Below, piece by piece: positions 51,241 through 61,778 of a DNA stretch of 64,000 bases. The notes under the pieces are model-generated. The model ran no database searches and had not been told where the DNA came from. It was given only the letters and a program-made list of their open reading frames with translations. This DNA is from Podarcis filfolensis. Lineage: Eukaryota. The translations under genes and the position numbers were made by a program. Location: NCBI GenBank assembly GCA_964270895.1, contig OZ185437.1, one strand, 5' to 3'. Each line of letters opens with the position of its first letter. Within the stretch, counting starts at the first letter, position 1.

Positions 51241-51616
51241 ATATACAAGTATATATATACAAGTATCTTGCAATGTCCTGGTATCCTCGGAAGATCTCAG
51301 CTGCAAGAATCACAATCTGTTCATGCAGTGCACAACTTGTGGCTCACTAAGCCTGTAGAATTTGTAGCCCACCAAGTTAAGTGCAACCCACACCCCCGGA
51401 CAGTGGCAAACAAAGGGTACTCCCCCCCCCTGCCTAGAAGTGCAAAAAAGAAAGGTTGACAAGAACTTCAGAAGCTACTGGGCATGGCATCTTGAGTTTG
51501 GGGAGTCATCCATCATGCAGGCCTGTTGCAAACAGTGTCTCTCACATACATACTTGGATACTGGAGACAAACCACCCACACTGATTTCTAGCCATTTGAA
51601 ATCCTAGGAAGCAGGG

Positions 51617-52113
51617 TGTCAGGAGTGCGTGCAGGAGCCAGGCCCTGTGACCAGTAGGGCTTCGCAGGACTGTGACCTTCCTAAATTTGTTCTGGAGAGG
51701 CAAGGCGCGGCTGCACAGATGGGACCGCTTGGTAACTCACTGCACCTGGTGGCAAGAGCCGGGAATGGATATAAGGTTGGCATTTCCCTTTGGCTCTTTG
51801 CCACAGAAACACATTTCCTGCCTTGCTGTGTTTGGCTTCTTGCTTCCTGATCCCCGGACATTGGCTTCCTGACTCCCTGATTGTTGATCCTCGGACCCTT
51901 GACTTCGTGACCCCTTGCTTCTTGACCCTCGGACCCTTGACTTTGTGACTCCTTGCTTCCTGACACTCGGACCCTTGACTTTGTGACTCCTTGCTTCCTG
52001 ACACTCGGACCCCCGGCTTCTGGACTCTCGTTCCTGCTCCCACCCCACCATCTTGCTCCCGGTCCTGACATCGTCAGCCGGGACTTTGATCCCCCGTAGA
52101 CCGGACCGTGACA
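51617..52113 (+). mobile_element. Solo LTR (probably Gypsy/Ty3-type), 497 bp, with internal 38-bp minisatellite
   Basis: Ends TGTCA...TGACA. 5-bp TSD caggg/caagg (1 mismatch). TATA-like GATATAAG at about 51769. 38-bp units start at 51891, 51929, 51967 and 52005. Confidence 0.75.
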
Positions 52114-52589
52114 CAAGGTGCAACAGAACAAGGTCCCATTTCTGTGTATGCAGGGGTGCACCTAGTGGTTGGCCAGGCTGACCACCACCAAGGACGCAGG
52201 CCCAGGGTGTATGTGCAAAAACTATGCCTCTCCACTCTGGCTTTGAGTGGCTAGGAGGCCATCTGCCTGTCTCCGTGCTCCTTGGGTCACTGCTCTTCTG
52301 CTCCTTCTGGCCAACATCTTCTTGCCAAGGGCATGAGGGAGTCTAGGTATGCCTCTGTGTGACTGTGATGGAATTCAAAGTTCCTGTTTGCCTCCTTCGT
52401 TTGGCTGCATGTGACAGAAGCATATGCCAGGCGAGCAATCAGCTATTCATTTGAGGGTTTGAAAAATTGAGGCAGTCAGGCAGTTATAGGATTAGACCAT
52501 AATCCAAAGCATGCTGAGCCAGAGGGGAAAACATACACAATCAGAAAATGCTGCACACAAAACAGACATCCTTAACTTTAGTTTGTTCC

Positions 52590-52884
52590 AACAAAAAATT
52601 TTTTTTCCTTCCAGTAGCACCTTAAAGACCAACTAAGTTAGTTCTTGGTATGAGCTTTCGTGTGCATGCACACTTCTTCAGATACACTGAAACAGAAGTT
52701 GCCAGATCCTTCTATATAGTGAGAAGGTGGGGAGGGGTATTACTCAGAAGGGTGGTGGGAATGGGTGATTGGCAGATAGCTGTGATGAGCCTGTTGACGA
52801 CTCTTAACGACTGCAATAGGTCTTACAGGTTTGTTCTTACAGGTTTGTTCTTACAGGTTTGTTCTTACAATAGGTCTTACAGGT
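52590..52884 (-). mobile_element. 5'-truncated Penelope-like retroelement (pLTR region), 295 bp
   Basis: Perfect 11-bp TSD tagtttgttcc at 52579-52589 and 52885-52895. Minus strand ctgaagaagtgtgcatgcacacgaaagctcataccaagaac...gttggtctttaaggtgctactgga matches the recalled reptile PLE terminal repeat. TATATA lies upstream of the ribozyme motif. Confidence 0.8.
52648..52685 (-). ncRNA. Minimal type I hammerhead ribozyme motif (PLE-associated)
   Basis: GUAU-CUGAAGA-A-GUGUG CAUG CACAC-GAAA-GC-UC^AUAC. Core CUGANGA and GAAA present, stem I GUAU/AUAC, stem II 5-6 bp, palindromic AGCU stem III. Predicted cleavage between 52652 and 52651. Confidence 0.75.
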
Positions 52885-53630
52885 TAGTTTGTTCCGTTGA
52901 TTTTGGTGAGTGTACTCAAATGTTGAGCTGGGGGGGGGCTTTAGAAAAGGTTAGGAAAACCTTAGAAGTGATATCTCAGGCAACTCAATTTTCAGATGTT
53001 TCTTTTTTTTAAAAAAGTTTCACTTAATTGTGTGGCTCACAGGAGAGCTGTATGTTGCCTCTGCCAGCGCCCCCCCCCATCGGGTACCGTTTGTGCATGT
53101 CATGTTATCACCACCTCCTCTGTGTTTTGACCCATCCCACTGTTTCTCCTTTTGCACGTCATGCTGACCAAGGCTTCTGACTCATCCATCACATGAGACA
53201 ACAGAAAGGAGACCTGGTTTTATCTTTTGTTTCATACTGTTTCCCCACTGTTCTAACAAGTACAATGACACAGACTTTATGTAATTTTTCACCCTCTGGG
53301 CAAAGACAGGCTGGGGCTGCGGGGGGGGGGGAGGTGAATTAGTTCACTGCTCAGTCTCAGAAATCAGCAGGTCTCAAAACACATTGCAAATAGTCTCTGT
53401 TTTGTAACATTTACAGCAGAGACACTTTGAACTGGTTCTTGAAGCTGTTGGTCCTGTTTGGTATTTATAGAAGACCCACCACACTGCTTCGAAAGTGGAC
53501 AAGTCCACTCACGTGTACATGGATTGGGAATGCTCTCTGTCTGAGGCCAAAAACTGGAGAAAAGCTGAAGAAGGACTCTGGATGTAGCCATTTAAAACCC
53601 CAACTTCTTTTCCCTGCAGTGGTTTTCCAG

Positions 53631-53824
53631 GGCAGATCCACACTATGCATTTAAAGCGCATCCAGCACACATTTAAAGCACATGACTTCCCCCAGAGAAG
53701 CCTGGGAATTATAGTTTGTTAAGGGTCCTAGGAATGTTACTCTGTGAGGAGGAAACTGCAGTTCCCAGGATTCTTTGGGGGAAATCAAGTGGAATGTGCT
53801 TTAAATGTGTAGTGTGGATCTGCC
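53631..53824. mobile_element. Fold-back MITE (possibly PIF/Harbinger-derived)
   Basis: 27-bp TIR ggcagatccacacta(tg/ca)catttaaagc, and the interior is also partly self-complementary. TTA on the right flank only. A related half-copy lies at about 27085-27200. Confidence 0.75.
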
Positions 53825-53946
53825 TTAAGACAGCTTGGTTCTTTATCATATCAGCATCACTTTTCCTCTTACCTCAGACATGGGAAAGCTCAGCCAAATG
53901 CAGCCCTCCAGGCTACTCTATCCAGCCAATGAGACTCTCCCTAGAA

Positions 53947-54540
53947 CATAGGTAGGTAACCTAAGGCCTGGGGGCCAGATGCGGCCTGATCGCCTTCTAA
54001 ATCTGGCCTGCAGACGGTCTGGGAATCATGAGTAGAATATGTCCTTTTATTTAAAATGCATCTCTGGGTTATTTGTGGGGCGTGGCTGGTGTTTTTACAT
54101 GAGTAGAATGTGTGCTTTTATTTAAAATGCATCTCTGGGTTATTTGTGGGGCGTGGCTGGTGTTTTTACATGAGTAGAATGTGTGCTTTTACAGTCATAC
54201 CTCGGGTTAAATATGCTTCAGGTTGAGCGTTTTCAGGTTACGCTCTACAGTTTCGCCGCTCGCGCATGCGCACTCAAAATGACGTCACGCGCATGCGAAT
54301 CGTGACCCGCAGACGCGGGTTGCGTTTGCTTCAGTGGTACCTCTGGATGCGAATGGGATCCGTTCCAGAGCCCCGTTCGCATCCAGAGGTACCACTGTAT
54401 TTAAAATGCACCTCTGGGTTATATGTGGGGCATAGGAATTTGTTCATCCCCCCCCCCCCGCAAAAAAAAAATAGTCTGGCCCCCACAAGGTCTGAGGGAC
54501 AGTGAACCGGCCCCCTGCTTAAAAAGTTTGCTGACCCCTG
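53947..54540. mobile_element. hAT MITE with 71-bp internal tandem repeat, interrupted by a Tc1/mariner MITE
   Basis: Perfect 8-bp TSD ccctagaa at 53939-53946 and 54541-54548. Termini cataggtaggtaac / tttgctgacccctg. 71-bp units start at 54027, 54098 and 54169. Confidence 0.88.
54192..54397. mobile_element. Tc1/mariner (Tigger-like) MITE nested in the hAT MITE
   Basis: Termini cagtcatacctc / gaggtaccactg. It splits the host repeat unit gtgcttttTAtttaaaatgc with TA duplicated. Confidence 0.9.
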
Positions 54541-54729
54541 CCCTAGAATATGCCTCCTTCCTAGGCCATACCACTTTCCTCAGGTTACATCCCCTCACCG
54601 GCCTAGAGACTGTTGGGCAGTGAGGCAGACAGTACACCAGCACAATGCCTTTCCTCTCCAGAGCACCCCATTTTCAGAAACACACACTCCAAACCTGGCA
54701 AAAGCTGCACTGGGATCCTGGTGATATTT

Positions 54730-54974
54730 TACCTCAGGTTACAAACGCTTCAGGTTACAAACGCTTCAGGTTACAGACTCTGCTATCCCATAAATAGTAC
54801 CAATAGTACCTCGGGTTAAGAACTTTACTTCAGGATGAGAACAGAAATTGCACGGTGGCGGCGCGGCGGCAGCAGCAGGCCCCATTAGCTAAAGTGGTAT
54901 CTCAGGTTAAGAACAGTTTCAGGTTAAGAATGGACCTCCGGAATGAATTAAGTTCTTAACCTGAGGTACCACTG
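54730..54974. mobile_element. Tc1/mariner MITE, same family as 19132-19365, inverted, left TIR truncated
   Basis: Reverse-complement homology to the 19132 copy. Intact right end gaggtaccactg+TA, left end only tacctcaggtt. Confidence 0.85.
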
Positions 54975-57937
54975 TACATTCATACAGGTATGTTAGAAGC
55001 AATATTGCCTATGGTGTATCTGGTAAGTGGGTTTCATAGTGCTTCAAAAACTTGAAAAAGCTACTGGACCAAACCATCAGATCAAAAAAGGAAGGAAACC
55101 CTACTCTATTGCAATGCCTTCAACTCTCTTAAAAGCTATTGTTTGTCTCCATCCTTAGATGCATTCCGTTTCATGCTGGTAAAATAAAGCAATGCCACGA
55201 TCTGCCCTCTTAATATGAATCAGGCAGTGTAGGCTATTCATCGTCAGCTGTGTACAGGTAAGAGGGATAACTGTATTTCTTTATTATAAATCAATATTTC
55301 ACTTCAAAACAAACCTCAAAGTGGTTTACAACACTATAGTAACACAGCAGCAATAATAATATCTCAACAGAGCATCACATTTGCTGCATTGTACACTATC
55401 TTCCATTTGGGCACTGCTGTCACATTAAAGAGCTTATATTTGTATAACTCCAGGTCTTGCTTCTGGTAAAATCCATTTCCCATCAACTTTGCACAGAGCA
55501 GGGTGAAACCTGGAAATGACACCCACGCCACCTTTTGTTTAGACTGTCATCGCTTTTTTACAAGCCTGCTTGCAAATCTTGCCTTGGGTCATAGCACAAG
55601 AGCTACCACAACCAACAGACTTTATAAATGACCTCTCCACATTCTCTAGCTAGGCTCAGATGAGCTTGCATAGATGAAAATATGTAGAAAGCAGCATAGT
55701 TCTTACTCATGTACTTTGAAAATCAGGAACTGCAGAACTCACCATCAACAGTCACAGATTTGTAGTCCAGTCTACTATTACTGTTACACCACTTTTTATT
55801 GCTCATGAGCAAGGATGGGCCAATGTATCAGTTTCCATTTCAGTTTCTTGTTTTTCCCCAGTCCTAAGTGCAGTTCTTCACATTTCCACATCAGTTCGCT
55901 TAAAAAAAAAAAAAAGGTCGTCATGGAAAGTCATCAGCATTTTGACACAAAGTTCTCCTTATACTGTATGCACATGTTAGCATGTAATTTCCCCAAATAT
56001 ACTCATTTTTGCAAAAGCAGTTGTGTCTGATATAATGCACTTCCATATGTCCTTTTTACTAGTATATACATTTGTCTGCACATTTCATCCTAGTATATGC
56101 ATTTGTGTGTGTATTACTTGGCACTGCAAGATTCAGAGAAGTCCAACATTTGAAGGGTGGATATGTTGCATTCACTAAAAGTTAGGTAGGTTCATCTTTA
56201 AATGCAAAGTGAATTGAATTCCCCCCCCCCCATCCCTACTCAAGAGGTTTTGAATAGCAAAACATTTGTGCCACCATTCAGACATTTCAGGGCATGTGCT
56301 CTCTTTAAAAAAACAAGCAAACAAAACCTTGAAAATTAAACTTTGCACCTTAGAAAATAATGCTATTTATTTATTTAAAATATTTCTACCCCATTCTTCC
56401 ATCATAACAAGATGATCCCATAGATGTTTACCATTTACAATAAAATACATAAACAATAAAGCATAGGCAACAAAAAATATATCTAAAAATAGTATGTATC
56501 ATTACATCTGGCTTTGTGGCTCAGACTAGCAAAGCTTAAGACTTCAAAGAGGTTTTCATTCAGAAGACCTGAATTCTAAGCCCAACTGCAATTTTAAGGA
56601 TCATTTATGCAGTTAAAAAAGCAAACTAGCTTTTTGGATTATCTCCTAGGCCCTGCTTTGGTTGATCAAATCCGAATTTGAAGTTTTCAGTGGACTTGTC
56701 TGGACTCATCCCAGCAGGTTATGAAAGGAATATGTGGTTTTCGTGCCAAAAGGAATAACAATTTGTAGAATTCTATGCATCCCAGATCCCATTCTGACGC
56801 AAGATGAACATTAAAAACATGAAGACTCCGAAACAGATATAATTAACTGTATCTGAAACAGTTTATGCCTTGTGACTTCAGTCACTGGTTTATTTCTGAA
56901 AATAATTCCCTCAGATATATCTATTTAAAAATCTGAATATAGAATAGAAAACCTCCCAAATTGGAAATATCATATAGGGCGCTTTGTAAGAAAATGATTA
57001 GGTTTATTGCTAAGGATTTAATCCCAGGGTTTACTGAGAATTAACTTCCATTCTGCTTTCAATACTGCATAGCCAATTTCTTCACATAAAAAAGGGAGGG
57101 GGGAACAGTCAGCTTGCTAAGATCAGAATAAAAAGAACAACAATTGAATGAAATTTGCATCTCTGAAAACCCAAATTATATTTGTGAGTAATCAGTGTAT
57201 TAATTCAGGGACTTTTCTATGGTGCTAATCACTGTCATTATGTTTCTGAGCACTTCAGATGCATTAATGAATTTATTCTTGTAGCATGCTTGTACAAAAG
57301 AGCAGTGCTGTCCCAGTTTAATAGATGGTGTTTTGAAGCACAGGGAGAAGACGTAGTTGATGTAAAGTTGCCCAAAATTTCTGACCCGCTGTTTGAACAA
57401 AGAGCTCTTAAATTCTGCTCTAAATCAGCAGGAATGCGCTGGGCACTGGCGTGATCATTACATCAGCTATTGCAGTTCAGATGCATACGTATTTGTCAAA
57501 TGCAGAGCATGAAACAATGAGCAGCTTGTTTCAGTTTATGTTACCCATGCTATGGCTTCTGCTGTGTTCAGAACAAATTGATCAGCGAATAAATGGTGAA
57601 CGAAATCGAAGTGAGCAAGATTCAAAGTGATTTGGTCTGACTCTTATATCAGGGCAAAGGGGCACTTTAGATATTCAGAAAACAGAGGTGGTGCTTGCTT
57701 AACCACCACCTGACACAAACTAGGAAATTGCCATCTTGCTGCTGCCACCATTTTGCCACTGCCACCTCCCTTACCTGGGTTGTGGGGCGGCACTTGCAAA
57801 GCAGAAATCTTGCCAGTGGTGGAGGTGCCCACAGGTGTGGCACCTCATGGGCTTCCATTGCACAAGGCAGCTGCCTCAGCCTGCCTCGTAGGTAGGCCAG
57901 CTCTGTCAGAAAATGAATAGAGTCAATAGACCATTAA

Positions 57938-58307
57938 AAAGGTAAAGGGATCCCTGACAGTTAAGTCCAGTCGCCAACAACTCTGGGGTTGCGGCACACA
58001 TCTCGCTTTACTGGCTGAGGGAGCTGGCGTTTATCCGCAAACAGTTTTTCTGGGTCATGTGGCCAGCATGACTAAGCCGCTTCTGGTGAAACCAGAGCAG
58101 CACACAGAAACACCATTTACCAGTACCTTCCCGCCAGAGCGGTACCTATTTATCTACTTGCACTTTGGCGTGCTTTCAAACTGCTAGGTTGGCAGGAGCT
58201 AGGACCGAGCAACAGGAGCTCACCCCGTTGCGGGGATTCAAAGCGCCGACCTTCCGATCGGCAAGCCCAAGGCTCAGTGGTTTAGACCACAGTGCCACCC
58301 GTGTCCC
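57938..58307 (-). mobile_element. Sauria SINE, full length
   Basis: Reverse complement of the other two copies. Perfect 13-bp TSD aatagaccattaa at 57925-57937 and 58310-58322. Confidence 0.93.
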
Positions 58308-58409
58308 ATAATAGACCATTAATGAGACACTTATCACTTCAGAATGGAGGAGAGAGATGCTCATTCCCATGGATGCTTCCGCCCTGTAAACTAGCATGTC
58401 ATAGGGAAA

Positions 58410-58600
58410 ATAAGGCTAGAAATCTTCCATTCTTGGGCAAAGTGACTGAGCAGGTGGTTGCTCAACAAGTCCAGGCACGCCTGGAAGATGCGGACCATTT
58501 GGATCCCTTCCAATTGGGATTCAGGCCTCATCGTGGGACTGAAACTTGCTTGTTTGCACTGGTCAATGATCTCTGGCAGGCTAGGGAGAGAGGTGAAATG
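58410..58600 (+). mobile_element. L2-clade LINE reverse-transcriptase fragment
   Basis: Translation NLPFLGKVTEQVVAQQVQARLEDADHLDPFQLGFRPHRGTETCLFALVNDL matches the L2/CR1 RT motif (SNLPFLSKxLEK...LDPFQSGFRPxHSTETAL). Confidence 0.85.
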
Positions 58601-61173
58601 TGGTGGTGGGGTTTTGCTCAATCAGCCCAACAACATCAACTAGTTAAGTGTTTGTAATGTGCACAGGGCACACAATCCCTCCAAGTTTGGAAACACAGTT
58701 GAAGTGCCATAAAGCTTCAAATTAAGGCTGGAGAGAGTAGCCCCCTCCCTCACATAAATCAATGTGAGGATAAAATGCAGAGAAGGAGAACCACCTTGAG
58801 CTCCTTGAAGGAAAGGTGGGATATACTGTAAATGTAATTTTGAAAAAAACACCCAACAACTTGAGATTGTTGTTAAGGTCTCTGCTACATAATCTGTAGC
58901 CAAGAACAAGCCTTTTGTTTCACCTTTCAGGGAGAATACAAACAAAATATTCACTTCTTTATCTTTTTTGCACAAAAGAACCATGTGAAAATACAGACAT
59001 GATTAGGTATGTAGACAGACAGACATATGGATCACCCACTTATACATATCTATGGACTTGCATTCTAAGCTATTTGCCTTGCAGACATCTTAGCTAATTT
59101 AATATAACTTATTCCCATGGCCACACAATGGTGTGAAATAAATGGTACAACGAGAGTATGTGCTAACACAGACTCAGATTTTGCGTGCAAAGGAGTCTGA
59201 AGGCCAGCGATGGACATGGGAATTTCGCCTGCATCTGGACACGTTTCCAGTCCTCGGAAGCCTTACATGGTGGTTTTTGTGCTATTCTGTGTGCTGCCAT
59301 GTGAAAAGATGCATGGAATCAGGAAATGTCATGTCACTTTGTGCTGACTCTGAGCTCCCCTGAATTAATGCAGCCTTGCTGAGCATATCTGTCGTGCATG
59401 ACCAGCACGAAATATGGGACTGGTCCTGCCTGTACACTTCTCATGACCTCCCACAATGTCACTCTTCGTTCCTGCTAAGAAAGGACATTCACAAAGGTTG
59501 ACCACCCAGCGCTCTTGTTGACATTATCACGTGTAGTTCATATACATGGTTAGAGAAGGATTTTGAGTTCTATCTGGGTATAAACTTCAAACATCAATAA
59601 AATGAATTTTATTTTTGTAGCAGGCTGTGTACACATTACTGGCTTAAAATGCAGTTAGGTTGTTCTTTTTCTCAATTCAGATGGAAGGTGGCTTGGGGGA
59701 AAGCACATCAAAACACAGCAGTTCATGAGGAACAGTAGGATAAATACGGATTATGGTTAATGTCATGTGTACACCACTCCCCAAATCAGTGGTGGGAGTG
59801 CCCTAGATGCAGAGTACACAGCCCTGGGTTCACATTGTCCCACATTTCCCCACAATTCTGCATCATCAAAAGATGACAATGAGAATCCAGAAATAGGATA
59901 ATTGGCAATGCAACTGGACTGTGCCAACCAGCAATCTAAAATACGCAAAGAGTTATTTTCATTACCCGGCAAATATGGAATGATCCTTCAGACATCTTGT
60001 AAGCATATATCTTTTTGCTCAGGCTTTCCCTGACACATGAGATTGGACCCTGTTATTACGGAAGTCCTGCTTTCAGAATATTGTACTGGTTTACTGGTTT
60101 TTGTTACACTGTTTTATTGTTTTCATGTTATATTTTTGCATACAGCATAAAGTTCAGTCATTAAGTGACTCAGAACTACTTCTATCCACTCACTCTGAAC
60201 TACAAAATCATAACATATATGGTACCGCATAAGCTCAACATCTTATAAAGGGAATAAACAGCACCGGTAGCAGACAGTAATATTAATCTTATTCTCTTGG
60301 TAGCCATAGATGGCAAAAGCATGCCAGAAAACTGTTTAGATGGGCCTCTTAAGATGCACTCTTCTTTGAAGAAGTGGAATTAATTTTATTCCCTTGCAAA
60401 AGCACATGATGTGTCTCCCCTCACACACACACACCCCGTAACACCATGAGACCTCCCCTGATATACGCCTGTCCTTGGGAGATTCATTTCTGACTCATTC
60501 ACTGTAACTTTATGCTCTGCATGCATGGGGTTCTCTTATCTGATGGCTGGAATGAGCTGGAATGTTATTACAGAAGTTTCACTGACTCAGTCAGGGAGTG
60601 GCTTCACTAATATTTCTCAATATTGGCCAAAGAGTGAAAAGGGTGAGGATAAATCCCATTCCACAGGAAAGAAGTTGACATTATCAGTTGCTTTTACAGT
60701 GTACCTTTCTTGGCAGAAGATTGCTTTACAGATTGCATGTCTAGAGAGCTATCCATTTTCAGCACAGGGTCTACTTGACACCCGTCTGTGAGAACATCAA
60801 CAACAGGATTTGTCAGAAAAAGTCACAAGTAACTTCTGAGAATGTGTGTAAAATATGCTTTTTAAAAACTTCTTTTTTCTAGTTTTTTAGTTCAAGGTGA
60901 CCACAGACTACAGACCACAATATTTGCTTTTTTATTTTAGTTCACACAATACAGACATTGTAAAGAGGAGAAAGGGTCAGAGGTTTTGCATATAGATATA
61001 GGCAACGACTGTTTTGCACAGAGGATTGTTCTCCTGACCCCCATGCACACCAGTGGAGTGCGTGTAAACCCCTTCTGCCCTTCACACACTGCCCCACCCC
61101 ACTTTCCAGCCACTTCCAGCTTGAAGTAATGCACACATGCACAGGCCTGCGTCAATTGGATGTTGGCTGTATA

Positions 61174-61412
61174 CCGTATTTTTCGCTCTATAAGATGCAC
61201 TTTTCCCCTCCTAAAAAGTAAGGAGAAATGTGTGTGCATCTTATGGAGAGAATGCAGGCTGCACAGCTATCACTGAAGCCAGGAGAGCAAGAGGGAGCGT
61301 TCCTGCCTCTTCGCTCAAGAGGCTTTGTGTTGCTTTCTTGTTTCTTGTTTTCCTCCTCTATAAATAAGGTGCGTCTTATGGTCGGGTGTGTATTATAGAG
61401 TGAAAAATACGG
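61174..61412. mobile_element. Tc1/mariner (Tc2/pogo-type CCGTA ends) MITE, 239 bp
   Basis: TIR CCGTATTTTTC(G/A)CTCTATAA (20 bp, 1 mismatch), TA on both flanks. Confidence 0.9.
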
Positions 61413-61434
61413 TAGATATAGACACATACACGAC

Positions 61435-61778
61435 CCAAGCTACTGGGTTATAGGGTCATTTTCAGAAATGCATCCTTCCACCTCCATATATAAATACAGT
61501 CGTACCTTGGAAGTCGAACAGCTTAGTTCCCGAACGTTTTGGCTCCCAAATGTCCCAAACCCAGAAGTGACTGTTCCGGTTTGCGAACTGTTTTTGGAAG
61601 CCAAACATGCGACGGGGCTTCCGCGGCTGCAGCCAATCGGAAGCCACACTTTGGTTTTTGAAGGTTTTAGAAGTCGAACGGACTTCTGGAATGGCTTCTG
61701 TTCGACTTCCAAGTTACAACTGTATATGGAGGTGGGAGGATGCATTTCTGAAAATGACCCTATGACCCAGTAGCTTGG
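61435..61778. repeat. 56-bp inverted repeat pair flanking a MITE
   Basis: 61435-61490 is the reverse complement of 61723-61778 with 2 mismatches. Confidence 0.93.
61497..61722. mobile_element. Tc1/mariner (Tigger-like) MITE, 226 bp
   Basis: 23-bp TIR cagtcgtaccttggaagtcgaac (2 mismatches), TA TSD at 61495-61496 and 61723-61724. Confidence 0.9.

Noticed and set aside
51891-52030. Regularly spaced repeats resembling a CRISPR array
   Set aside because: Head-to-tail tandem units without unique spacers, in a vertebrate LTR. The same applies to the 71-bp and 22-bp arrays.
51619-52161. Several 120-180-aa repetitive ORFs
   Set aside because: By-products of the 38-bp minisatellite in the solo LTR. 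No gag/pol motifs.
57420-57640. Repeat-free stretches that look like conserved enhancers (also about 59140-59480 and 62300-62600)
   Set aside because: Impression only (balanced composition, a few retained CpGs and short motifs). Cannot be supported without a multi-species alignment.
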